A stretch of 64,000 bases of DNA from Mytilus californianus. Lineage: Eukaryota. The notes under the pieces were generated by a model. That model ran no database searches, was not told the DNA's origin, and saw only the letters and a list, made by a program, of their open reading frames with translations. Positions 27,710-40,800 of this stretch are shown one piece after another. The position numbers were made by a program, and so were the translations under genes. The DNA lies in contig NW_026262626.1 in NCBI RefSeq assembly GCF_021869535.1, positions 35,402,001-35,466,000 on the forward strand, in the 5' to 3' direction. The first letter of the stretch is position 1. Each line of letters starts with the position of its first letter.

Positions 27710-28100
27710 TAGAAAATGTAGAATGTGTCCATGGGACACAGATGATGCCCACGCTTGCATATATATAACATTATAAAGGGTCATAAATAGAGAACTGTAA
27801 AAGTGATGCCAACCATAAAATTTGATCTGTATTATGGTAATAAGCATTGTATATAAGATTCATAACATTTGGTTGAGGCAAACTAAAGTTAGAGAAAGGA
27901 TATGAAAAATTCAGCATTTTTTCCATTTATAAAGGGGCATAACTCAAGAACGGTAAAAGTGACACAACCCAAATTCAAACTTGATCTGTGTTTTGTGGTA
28001 ATAAGCATTATGTATAAGTTTTATAAAATTTGGTTGAGGTTGAGAATGGAAGCTAATTTAGGGACATATGGCCGGACGTACAGACTTGATATACAGTAAA
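27710..28100 (+). mobile_element. HINE-like family B copy upstream of cathepsin L coding exon 1
   Basis: agaatgtgtccatgggacacagatgatgccc...cttgatctgtgttttgtggtaataagcatt; reverse complement of the 63650-63900 subunits. Confidence 0.6.
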
Positions 28101-28332
28101 ACTGACAAACCTAACTAAGCTTAAGCTTACCCTATCACTTTGCCATCTGCGCGAAAATTAAAAATTAGGCTTAGGATCATGGAATATTTCATTATTTCTC
28201 AAGTAATTTAAAAATTATTCATTTTTACATTCATTACCTTTGAACGTTCAATATAATTCACAAGTAAAATATTTGTATGTTAAAAAATAAAAAAAAATCT
28301 ATTATCTGAATTTTAACAAACTCAATATTTAC

Positions 28333-28459
28333 CTTTGTTGTCAGATTTAATCTAAAATCTATTGGAAACATATGCTTAAATATTATATTCTGTCACATGC
28401 ACCTCAAGACAAGTCATATGATACACACCCAACTTTGTAATGAAAAATTGATCACATGA
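28333..28459 (-). promoter_or_regulatory. Candidate cathepsin L promoter and non-coding first exon with CLEAR/M-box-like E-boxes
   Basis: AAG|GTAAAT donor at 28333; GTCACATG (28392), GTCATATGAT (28413) and TCACATGA (28452) lie just upstream. Coding exon 1 has an acceptor, so a 5'UTR exon must exist somewhere upstream. An alternative candidate donor is at 27116. Confidence 0.3.
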
Positions 28460-28793
28460 TGGAAATACCTATAATCAAATGGGTTATTTTCAGAAAGCTA
28501 ATAATTTAATTTTCAAAAAGACAGTTATAAACAAGTAGCTATCCATCTTAGCCATAGGTTAATGTTCAAGTTTCAATCAGATGCAATGCAATTTAAAAGA
28601 TGTGAATAGTAGTCTCTATGGTTCATTAGTTGAACTGTATTACTAATGAAACTGTTCTTGCAGCATTTAAAATACTGAAATATATATAAATTTATTAAAG
28701 ATGCATAAAAATTAGGTCAAACACCCAAATGGTTTGAATTGGTTTGTAGTAGAAATACTAGATAAATGTTAGATACTTCTCTCAGATACTAAT

Positions 28794-29158
28794 TACTTGA
28801 ATGCTTTTTAGGGAAAGTGATATCAACTGATTTCTACATATTCATGATAACTTGAATGCCTTTTAGGGAAAGTGATATCAACTGATTTCTACATATTCAT
28901 GATAACTTGAATGCCTTTTAGGGAAAGTGATATCAACTGATTTCTACATATTCATGATAACTTGAATGCCTTTTAGGGAAAGTGATATCAACTGATTTCT
29001 ACATATTCATGATACCTTGAATGCCTTTTAGGGAAAGTGATATCAACTGATTTCTACATATTCATGATAACTTGAATGCCTTTTAGGGAAAGTGATATCA
29101 ACTGATTTCTACATATTCATGATAACTTGAATGCATTTTAGGGAAAGTGATATCAACT
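28794..29158. repeat. 55-bp minisatellite, ~6.6 copies
   Basis: gggaaagtga recurs at 28811, 28866, 28921, 28976, 29031, 29086 and 29141. Confidence 0.95.
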
Positions 29159-30288
29159 AATACCAAATTCTTGTACATATTAGGAGCACTTTCACCAAGA
29201 TCATTATCATTATGAAGATTGTCTTTTTTTATTTTATGAAAATAAAAACAATGAAGCTTCATAAATTTTGAAATAATGAAATATGCCGCTTTTCCATTCA
29301 TTTTTTTGTTTTTTCCATGGTGCCAAAGGCTGGCATAAAAGTAGTTAATACTGACAATTTAGAATATAGCAAAGTGCTCTCGACCAATGAAAGTGTAGAA
29401 TTTGGTGTTCCTTAATTGTGAAGAATGAATGTAAATCATGTTCTTAGTAAGGGATTATCCTTTTGTTTAGGCCTATTTACAGTTCAAAACAAAGAATTTG
29501 TATAAATGAGTTACAACTGCCTGAAGCACATTTATTAGGATTATTGATTTAAAGTTGAATTTTGAAACAAACAAAAATGATCAAAATAAGTTTGAAGTTT
29601 ACTTGTGCTGTACAATTGATACCGTTTGTGTTATCATGTGAATACTTAGAACTTTCAAATTACAAAAAAAAAAAAGCATTATCAAGAAGAAAAAGAAAAA
29701 AACTTTTAAAATCAAATATAACCTAAATCTTTAGCTACATGTATTACGCTTATCAAAAGACAGATAACTGTATTCGCAGTTAGTAAGAATAGTCATTTCC
29801 AAAATACCGTTACATACAGGAAATTGAATTTACTTTTGAATTTCCTATAAAAAGCAATTCCTTTCAAAATTCAAAATTTAGTTAATTAAGTAGTATTTAA
29901 TGTAAAGAGCTGGAATAAAATTGGCTTTGGAATACAATTTAGTTGTAACTCTGATTTTTAATTTATCTAATTGAACTGTAGATAAACAAAAAGATAATTC
30001 CTTACTAAAATATTACATAATTTACACTCATACTCACAATTAGGAAACTTATACAATTTCTACAATTTCATTGTAACGTTGTGTCATTTAATGTATAAAA
30101 CACAATTTATTAAAATTTCCCAAATTAAAAGTAAGTCCTTACATCACTAAGACCAATACATAAATGAAATGCCTAAAAGGGAAGTCATCCATTAATTATA
30201 AACATTTCACGGACAATGAAACTAATTCTTGAATAAAACCAATCAAGAGATCATTTGAGCCTTGAGCACTGTACAATATTCTAAGTTT

Positions 30289-30376
30289 GTAAGAGAATGA
30301 TAATCCCTTTCATCATGATAAGTACTCGCTAACGCTCATACTTAATCATGAAGAAAGGGATTATCATTCTCTTACA
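30289..30376. repeat. 88-bp near-perfect palindrome (foldback MITE remnant)
   Basis: tgtaagagaatgataatccctttc...gaaagggattatcattctcttaca. Confidence 0.8.
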
Positions 30377-32953
30377 TATACGTAAATACAGGAAACTCTG
30401 GTCAATTAAAACTTTGAGCAGATATAACTATAAACCCACTTCATTTTAAATGTTCTCTTATCTATCATAAATATCTATTATCATTTCAAATTCTGTTCTA
30501 GCTTGGTTTCCTTTAAATATATTATCATCTACATGTATGGCTACACAGTCTTGGTGCTTTTTTTACACTGACTACCCATTTTGAACTGGTTTTATAATAC
30601 TATAGAAATTCAAATTTAATATTTTGGTTTCATTTTGATGCTTGATAGTCAAGGTGATATGTTCTAAACCATACATTACAGTAGCCAAAAGAGTAAAGAA
30701 GACACTTCTTTCTTTCCATTTTCTGTTGTTTTTTTTTGTCTCACATATTTCATTGTTTTAAATTAAGGAGTCTTCAAATATCACTTTTATAACTTTCCCC
30801 CTGTTATGTCACCATTTATTGGGGGCTGTTGTTTTACTAATTAAATGTTCACACCTAGCATACTTGGCCAGGTGATAGATACATTAATAGAGGCACCTGT
30901 AATTTTACAAGAACTCCAACCAACGCATTTTCACATGTTAGAGATGTACACGTATGTATATATACATAAGGATAGAACAATGAAGTACAATGTTCTTGGT
31001 TTCTTTCTTTTTTAATTTCTTTACTCAACTTTAGCACAAATGTATATATTTCCTGGTATAGGTTTTTAAAAGTAGACTATATATAAATAATCATAAAAAC
31101 TGCAGATAGGAATTATATGCATGTAGCCTGGGACTATTATTATAATACTACTGTTAGTATAATAGTCCCAGATGTAGCTTGACACATTCTTAGTATAACC
31201 AAGGATTTGACTATACAAATCCTTAATCGCTATATCATTTGCTTAAGGAGCAAACCTATTTAAATATTTTAGTGTCAAAATTGAATACAAATTATGTAAA
31301 AAAGATAGAGAAGATATATACCAAGTGGCAATTGAAAAGTCCAATAAAAACACAACAAGATTGGCAACAAGCCCATCCGGCCAGGCTTGTAAACTTTCTA
31401 TCAGGTCTGTAAAAATTTCAAATAATGGCCAACAACAGGGACAACTGGGACTAGTCCCAGCCTACAAGTACATCATCTGTACAAAATTTTAAACAAAATA
31501 AGGGTCAGACCTGTGGCTTCAAAAGTTTAGCATGGCCATAATTATGATGAAGAAAGTAATAACAGAACATTACACAGATATTTCTTGTAAAATATTGAGC
31601 AACATGGAAATTCAAGCAACATGAATCTCACCTAATATTGGAGAACACAGGTGCTCTCAGAAGGTTCTGCTCTAATTTTGGCACCTGTTGTGTTGCTCAT
31701 ACAAGTAATATCCACAGTGGGATATTCAGTGAATGAAAACAAAAGAAAATTCACTCTTCTTATGATAGAGTCGAGAAAGTCAATAATAAAACAATGCCGG
31801 TGACGATACTGATCAAAAGTTATTTCTAAATAATAATTGTCCATTTTAAAGAAATTATTTGTTAAACTGTGTTATTAGAAATATACATGCAAATACACGA
31901 TATTTTATGTTAAGTATTTATCAGGATACTTGCATTAGAAGCTTGTGAAACTGAAATTCAAAAAATGCCAATCTTTGCTGTATATTGATAAAAAAAATTG
32001 GAAAAAATCATGTACATACAAAATCTAGAGATCTTTCGGGTCGACAATTTTTGGAGTGTTCCACAAAGTCCTTAACATGTTACAATTTCCCAAAATATAC
32101 TTATTTTTCACATTCTAAGTTTTCGAGTACACTGGTCTCCTCATGTCACGTGAAAATTCCATATAGAAATATTGTCTTTTCATGAATACAATGTATAACA
32201 ATATACAAGTCTGTCTGTGCAGGTTAAAAAATTTAAAGATAAATATTCTTATAAAGTAGACGTTTTTTACTATTTTTTATACAATTTTAAGAAAAGGTTG
32301 TCTCGATTTTTGTACAAGTATTTGCGGTCTTCTCGATCTGTTCACATTCAATGTTTACATTGGGATAAGGTCCGTTTGAATTTGCTTAGTAACTTAATTT
32401 CAAAAGTGCCAATCTTTGCTGCATATCAATCGATTCCTTTGAAATTTTTTCCCGGACTCTCTCTGATCTAGCTGCACATATATACGCATAATTAGCATGT
32501 TCCAGACAGGTTTGCAGCCAGTAAAAAAATTAATTGAAATTTGTACTCCAGGAATTCATTCGCATAGCAACATTTTAAACCAATTATACACCAAGCTCCA
32601 TTAGTCTGCTGTACTCAACATTTTCTATTTAAAGAGGGAAATGATAACATTAATGGAAGTTTTGTTTATATCTCAACTTATTTCTATTTTTGTTTTTAAC
32701 CAGAACGTTTTACCGTGAATTTATAATTGATAGCGTCCTTGTTATAATGGGACAAACATTTAAAAGATCAAGTTTTCAGTGTTAACAGGGAGGCAATATT
32801 TTGTCACTAGATTTCCCACTGTCCAGTGATAATTCAGTTACATTCAGTTACATTCAGTGTAATGTCCCAATAGAGGAAAAAAGGATATAAAAGTGTTAGC
32901 AAGGAATTTAATTCTTTCGAAGAGTCAGATTTTTTTTAGTCTCCCATAATATA

Positions 32954-33212
32954 TGATTTTTTTGATTTTTTGATGTTTTAACGCCACTTTTGGGCCATTT
33001 TGTGGCGGCCAGTTTTTATTGGTGGAGGAAGCTGGATCGAGTGCCCGGAGAAAACCATGACCTTCGATAGGAAAACTGACAATCCTAGTCAATTAAGATT
33101 GGAATTGAGTGCACCCGCACGAGCGGGGTTCGAACTCACAACCTCAGACTCAGTGTTGACTGGCTAGTGATTACAGTAGTAACTACTTAGACCACTCGGC
33201 CACCGAGGTCCC
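32954..33212 (-). mobile_element. tRNA-derived SINE with V-domain-like core
   Basis: Minus strand: A-box TGGCCGAGTGG, B-box GTTCGAACC, core GGTTTTCTCCGGGCACTCG..GCTTCCTCC, tail tggcgttaaaacatcaaaaaatcaaaaaaatc. Confidence 0.8.
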
Positions 33213-36200
33213 TCCCAAATTATGAAAAAAAACAGTGACATGAGTGCCATACAAGTGTGCTTTCCTGTCTGCATTGTTTAGATGATAAAATATTTTGCTT
33301 GTTAACAAGGCTGTATAAAAAAAAAAAAAAAACATTTAATACACATATTTACGTTTTTCTGTTCAGAGTTATACATACATTTCTTATTATAGTCGAGCAA
33401 CCCTCGTATCTTCAAATATATTATGTCCCAGGTATAACTCTTTCGTAAAAAAAGAACTTGACTAAGGATATGGAAGGTTATGAAACACAAGAACTAGAAC
33501 TTGACCCTCACAGAGCTCTGGAATTTTAGTTCAAAAATAATAATAAAAAGTGTGATATATCTCTTTATTCGAAATACACAAATATCTGTTAATCTTATCT
33601 ACTTACTAGTTCGCGTTGTCTTTGTTCTATTGTTACGTGTTGAATGAGCTCTACCTTTCTTAGTGTCTCCTGAGTTGTTGTCATATGATTTTGAATCATG
33701 TGATTACAATATCCGGGTTTCTCATACGGCTACGCTTGATTACTCTTTTACGCAGTATACTGGCACTTAAAAAAAACGGATAGTTTATTTAACGGGAAGT
33801 GATTTAATATGTTATGAAATACCGAAACTTTAGTTAACGGCACAACGTTATTTTTGTTTTTGTTTTTCAAGATATCTCTGTTTATCCTAATGAATGGAAA
33901 AGAATTTCAAACACCACCCCCAAAAAAAAACCTATGATCTACTGTATGGCGCGAGGTTGTGGTCAAATATTATCCTTATTTATGTATATACATGAAGATT
34001 CAAACATAATTAATACACTTTTCTTGTAATTTAAAAAAAAATGATATGAACTTTCTAGAACAGAACTTATAAAATGATTCTAAACGTGACAAATGCAATT
34101 AAGTTAAAATGTCCACACTATTGAAAATTATTACAGTAGGCCTACTCAATAAAGAGAATTATCTCAGTAAAAGCAAGATATTTCTTGAGGATCGTCCAAA
34201 TGTGGGACTATTTTACTATAAACATGATCAAGATAAAGATAAAGATAAGATATTTTTTTTATTTCCAATAGAGGACCCATTATGGACATAATCAGTACAG
34301 TGATTTTTTTTTTATATTAAACAATTGCAATATAGACAATACACAAGTACAACAACTCAAACATGAAATATAAATTGAGTTAATAATATATATAGCCATA
34401 TAAACCATAATGTTATATATTATGTCCCAGTTCAAATGTCAAGGACTTTTTCGTCAAAGGAGTAGGTAGAGCCGGTAAGACCCCTTTTTGGCCCCAAAAT
34501 ATAGCATTTTTACAAATTTGTTAAAAATGTAAACTTTTAGCTATTTATTGGACAGTAGTAATTAATACTTTTGGTACATAAATATGGGCTGTTTTTTTAC
34601 AATACAATGCACATGCATCCATACTAGCATCATTAATTCATACAAAATTACTGAAATCTTCACAATTTTAGAATTTTGTGCTAAGTTTTAGACGGTTTTT
34701 GTCTAAAATGGAACATGTGGAAGTGGCCGCACTTATGTTCAGTCTTAATATTTATATATGTTGTATTTGATGATAATATCATGGAAGCATATTTTACTTC
34801 CATGATAATACATACTATATATAAAGGTTGATCTGAACATGAATGCGGCCACTTACATTTCAGACAAAAAACATCTGAAAAATGACGTTTTATGGCATAT
34901 TTGATAGATTTTTCATATTAAAGCTTGATGTTAAAAATCTTTCATCAGATGTACTTCAAATTTTAGCCCAAAATTATCCCTTGCCGGACCTTCTTTCAAA
35001 TTTAAACTTTTTTTGTCTGGACGAAAAAAATTACCGAACTTGTACATTCCATGAGTAACACGACGGGTGCCACTTATGGAACAGGGTCTGTATGCTTGTC
35101 CCTTTTGAGCACCTGAGAGCACATATATTTAAAAAAAAAAAAAAAAAAGATACCGAGGGGACAATCTCATATGTCGTGAGAAACTGGCAACGTTGTGGAG
35201 AAAAATAAGAAATGCATCATGCGCTTTTAAATCACAAATCGAGCTAAATTGATACCTTAGCACAATATTACGTAGCTTCTGTATTAAATATGACTGAACA
35301 TTTTTTTTTGAAAGTTTGAATTCACCTGCGATCCCCACAGGTTTTTCCGTAGTTTTTTTTTTATAGTGTTCCGTTTTTGCACTTGTTACAGTAGTGTTTT
35401 AAGGGCTGTTGTTATTCTATATTTCTTGTGTTTTGGTCTTTGTGTTTTTATTTTGTTATTCTTCGGCTATGGATTGAGATAGGCTCGTTAATGGCAAATC
35501 TATTAAACCCCCTGATCATTGCTTTTCAAAATTTACCAGCACTTAGAATTTACGGCTTTGCATGGTTGGTGTGCCCTGTTTTTTTCTGAGTGAACTAAAA
35601 TGATGATCGTAAATGTACTTTTCCATCAAAGTAAGGTAAAAATTGATTCCATGTTTTTCCCCCCGATGTTTGAACCTATATATGAGGGGGTCACCTATTG
35701 GCTTCAATTCTATTTGTTCAGCTAGCAAAAGTGGCAGCAAACTATTGAAGGTGGTGGGAGTCATTAACTTCATTCTGAAAGAAAGATAATACTCAAAATG
35801 GATCATTTCACCAACCAAATCGTAGCAAATTTTCCTTTTACATAATTTTTCGGGCTTTTTATTGTCTCGCTGAGACGAAAATTGCAAAATGCGAGATATT
35901 GGGATGCTAATCCGGCAGTGGTGTAAACTATTATTATGAAGCTTTATAATTCAGGCGGTAGAAGACATGGATGCTTCAAACCTTGCATAAAGATGCCTCA
36001 TGTTACGAAGTTTTTGTCTATTGTCCTTGGTCTCATTTTCATGGTTCAGCGACCGCTTAAAAGCTATATAGTTTTATTTTGTCGCGTGCATTTCTCAGTT
36101 ATTATGAGCAGATTATGAGTAATAGAATAATCATATTTGGTATATAATATATATATATATATATAAGGTGCGTTTCTCAGCATAATAAGCAGAAGGTCAA

Positions 36201-37088
36201 CTATATTAGGTGAGTGGAATAATGTTAAGGTAGGAATTGTGTATAATTTTGGCAAACCCTTTTTTCCTGATACTAAAAACAAACAACTTCTTCTCGAAAC
36301 CAACCCATTAAAAATTATATATATATATGGAAAACCAATATTAATATAGAGTAATCGTCTACTATATTTTCACGACAAAAGAGAACACAAAGTCCGATTT
36401 TGATGATCCATTGATGCGTTTGTATTGTTAACGTTCTGAATTTGCAGTCGTATTCTAACAAACACGTCGCACTTAAAACCATTTCGCTATTTTCTGCGCA
36501 GAAATCCAAATACGAGAAAACATAAGATATTAGTATTGTATACTCTAATTCGTTTAAGATAGTTATACAATAAAAATAATGGTGTTAAGCAGCAAACAAA
36601 TACATTCATTTTAGATTTATTGAAAAATCTAGGATAAAATTTCGTAGTTTATACCAGTCCCATTCAATTCAACAGATAAAAATGATCAAAGTTAGGACTG
36701 CCGTTTACAGAGATTATTCTTATACAAAAAGAGCTTCCCATTTAAGATTGGTATCACTAAAAAAGTAGTTTTTTACGTCGTCTATTTTTATCACGATTAC
36801 GTCGTCTATTTTTACCTTAAAAAAACGAAAAGGAAACGCAGTGATTACGTCAATTTCGAGCATTTCTGGAAAGCATGATGCTAACATGCATAAAAAGTAT
36901 TATTTGATGCGAAATGAACAGCTTTGGCTTAATATAACATGCTTTGAATGCATTTGTATTTATTTTTTTTTACCAAAACACGTTACGCATATATACAGAC
37001 GTTACACACGTTATTACGTTAATGCATCGAAATCATACCCACAATGATAAGCAATTCTTATAAAAAATTATAACAGATAAGCTATATT

Positions 37089-37140
37089 CAGGGGCGGGTC
37101 CAGGTGAGGACGTAATGGGCGTACGCCCCCCCCCCCCCCC

Positions 37141-37180
<40 letters not shown>

Positions 37181-37321
37181 CGTAATCTGCAAATATTGTT
37201 ACATTAGTGCATTTCACAATTATTTTATGTTTTTTAGCAAAAAAAAAAGGTCCAACATTTTTTTCGCATCGCTCCGCTTGATTCTACGCCCCCTCTTTTA
37301 AATATCCTAGAAACGCCCCTG
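37089..37321. mobile_element. GC-rich MITE (same superfamily as 9321)
   Basis: TIR CAGGGGCG / CGCCCCTG; atatt on both flanks; poly-C and poly-A inside. Confidence 0.75.
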
Positions 37322-39652
37322 ATATTATCTTTATATCTATAGGCTCGGTAGGTATTACCGTTTTCAAAAATCTATAAAACTGGATCTCATATTTTATCAA
37401 TGGTTACCAATACAGACAAAACTATTATTAAAACGATGAGCGTGTCAGACGTAATGTTCAGTCTATACACATAATAGCCTCGTCCTGAATATGCATGAAA
37501 TATTTGCCACTGGACGTTAAGCAACCAACAATCAATCATCAATCATAATAGCCTTTACAGGTGTGTTTGCGCTCTTCTGAAAAATGTTAAATTCGCGAAA
37601 ACAAGTTGCAGGAATATACTGCGGCATATTTAATAAATGATTTCATTAGCGAATGTTTGCTGATTCAACGACAAACTGATTTTTTGCAAAAATGAACAAT
37701 TTTCACCACGGTCAGATTTCAGAAAATGTTAAATTATCAAAATTTATGAGTTTTTTTAACATACAATAATATAATATGTTACTTCGTTTTCATAACCAAT
37801 CCTGAATAAAGTACAAAGATGGATTATTTCAAAACCGGTTTTTAACAACATTCACACCACATGTCTCGCACGAATGTCCAGTGTCGACGGCGGGGTTTTT
37901 TTCGGGTTCAGTTTCAGTTGCGACATCAGTGATTAAAATATTCGAGTTCAAGTATATAACATAGTGCTTTTCCGTAATTGTACTTGAACGCTTAAAAACG
38001 ATTACTTATTTTCTGATACAGATAGTTTGCTTACTCGATAAAACCTCGTTTTTAAACAAATCCAATGTCTTGCCAGTTTGTCCACTCAACGATTTTCGTA
38101 CGTTTTGAACGTTGACGCTATTATTATGACTTTTCGAAATCAAATCAAAAAATGTTCATATTCCTTATTTAAACCTTTTTTAATGTAGGCAATTTAATGT
38201 TTCCTCGATTGTGTTTTTGTATTTCTTAGATGCTTTAAAAATTAAAAAAAAAGTACTGTTCAACCTTATCGGTATTTCTTAGGTTAGAGAACAAAACAGA
38301 ATATAAACTATTCTCATAAGTTATATTCAAATGATAGAAAAGAAGATAGCTTAATAATTCTATAAATGAACCTATCTGAATAAAATATATTTCAATATAT
38401 TAAATAAATAAGTAATATAATTATGCCACGTATATCCACACTCTCCGATACGAATCGTCTGGTCTCCGACATATTGTGTTAGAACTATGATAACTGCATG
38501 TATCAATGGAGAGATCAGCGATTGTGAGAAAACGCAATTTATGAAAAAAATATTAAAATTATCCAGTCTGTAAGCTTCTCAAGTTCTGATACAAATAAAG
38601 ATATTTGCGGTATTAATGATGGTCTTATCGAACACATTGTATAAAAAGATATGATGGTTACGGTTTTAGTAGATGATCCAAACTGAGAATAATACCCTTT
38701 AAAAGAGTGTAACAGTAAACAATCGATCGACAGGGTTTCGAAAGCTGTCAAAGGGCTCTATAATGATCTGATAAAAATATACCATTTCTTTTCAAAATCG
38801 TCCGACGTAAAATTGCAATTTGTTATTTTGCTGTTATACGTTTCATACATGTGTGGTTGGATCGTGATAGTTACAGTCAACGCAACTGTTGCGGTACCCG
38901 AAAAGTTTGATTTTAGTTATAAGTCTCTAATCATAGATGATAGATGAATATAATTATTTTTTCCCCACATTTCTTAGCTTTCAAAATTAAATTTACCAGT
39001 TTTTAAAATTGGTGAAGTTTTGATTATTTAATCATTGGCGTGTTTAACTTTTTAAGTATGACTTTTTTCACTTGTATTAAACCAAATATCCACTGCCTCT
39101 TTTAAATCAAAATTGGAGTCCGTTTCCTTCTTTTCGGAAATAAATGGAAAATTATCGAATTTTATTACATTTCATACTATCTTACTCACACACTTAGAAG
39201 TATCAATATTGGCCACAAACAACTTTGCCGTTGAAAAAAGAAAAGAAAAAGCAAACACGTCCCCGATTATTGTTTGAAAACGTCAAATTACGTTGTTATA
39301 TATATAAAGTGAAATGGCAATTTTATTCCGAGTCGCGTTCTTCCGTGCAGATACCCCCTCCCCCTTTACGCCCCTCTAAAAAGATGAGAGATTGGTGATC
39401 AAACTGGCGAACTTCTATATTGATAATTCTGATTAATTTACACAAATTTTTCAATACCCGCGAATATGTTTTGAAAAAAATAAACTGCCGAATTTCAAAA
39501 TATTTACTCGGCTTATACATAGTAAGGTTTTAAAAGAACAACTTGAGACGGTGCATCCATATAATATGCTATGTTTTTTTTTACTTTTCATCAACTTTAT
39601 AAACTATAAGACAAATGAAACGGTGTACATATTTTACACTTATTGACTGATT

Positions 39653-39858
39653 ATGGAGGGGGGTAGGTCCTTTATCGGGACTCCGGGATCGGGTGTTTTT
39701 AAGCTCGGGATTTCGGGATTGGTCCTTTCGGGATCCGGGAATTCTTTTTTCGAATTTCGGGATGTCGGGATTTAAATTTTTTAAAATTCGGGACCTCGGG
39801 ATTCCATGTTTTTAAGCCCGGGATTTCGGGATCAGGACCCCTCCTATCCCCCTCATTA
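39653..39858. mobile_element. MITE with an internal array of CGGGA(T) motifs
   Basis: Ends atggaggggggtagg / cctatccccctcatt; more than ten same-strand cggga motifs. Confidence 0.65.
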
Positions 39859-40207
39859 TGGGGTAATAGCAAGTTTGTTGTCCCTGAGTTATCAACTATT
39901 GCTCGACGCCGGGATATTTGGATTTCTTTGAAAATTCTGTTCTTCGGTACAGTAAACACTTTATGACTGGCTATGGGGATAATGGCAGTAAATAATAAAC
40001 TGTTTGCTCTGATAGATAAGAGAATTGATATATAAAGATGCATGACTTAACCTCATTTTTTTTTATAAGATGTAGAAAACGGACAAAAATTCTTAATGTG
40101 GGACATAATCCTGTACAGATTTCAAATATATATTCTTTATTATGAAGATTGTTAATTTTTTTTTGACAAGTTCATATCTATACTATCTTAGAATTGCCTT
40201 GAATGTA

Positions 40208-40393
40208 TCGAATGACAACCTATATTCACAAGTGAGCCCAGGTTATACAATATAACATACTTGTTAGTCTCGAATGACCACCTATATTCACAAGGGAGCC
40301 CAAGTTATACAATATAACATACTTGTTAGTCTCGAATGACAACTTATATTCACAAGGGAGCCCAGGTTATACAATATAACATACTTGTTAGTC
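40208..40393. repeat. 62-bp minisatellite, 3 copies
   Basis: cgaatgac at 40209, 40271 and 40333. Confidence 0.93.
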
Positions 40394-40800
40394 TGAGACT
40401 GATTATACTTGAATAATAACTAACAAATGAATACGTGTAAAAGGTATATACCGACGAGACAGCAACCAAACGACACAGATAACTAGAAGACATCTAGAGT
40501 GCAACATTTCAGTATGTGCATGAAGCTCTACATGGCAACGAATCAAACAACGTGAAACTAATAACAGGAAATTTCAACGAATGCGGAAATAATTGTTTAC
40601 TTTTTTTCATACAATGTACTTTCACAATTTTACAACAATTGTAAGAATTACTTAAACTTTGGCAGTTGTTTGATTCAAACAAAGAAAACCACATGACAGA
40701 AAAACAATCGAAATCACGAGATAGTACCGGAAATGTTAAATGAATGATAATAATAGATACCAATAATTGTGCACAATTGTCAAGTATTGAGTACAGATTA

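Noticed and set aside
32954-33212. tRNA gene
   Set aside because: It has A and B boxes but no proper cloverleaf, and it continues into a SINE core and tail.
35543-35887. 114-aa minus-strand ORF with an internal acceptor-like site
   Set aside because: No recognisable domain, no partner exons, and it begins within a repeat fragment.
39699-40043. 114-aa minus-strand ORF
   Set aside because: An artefact of the stop-poor CGGGA MITE.
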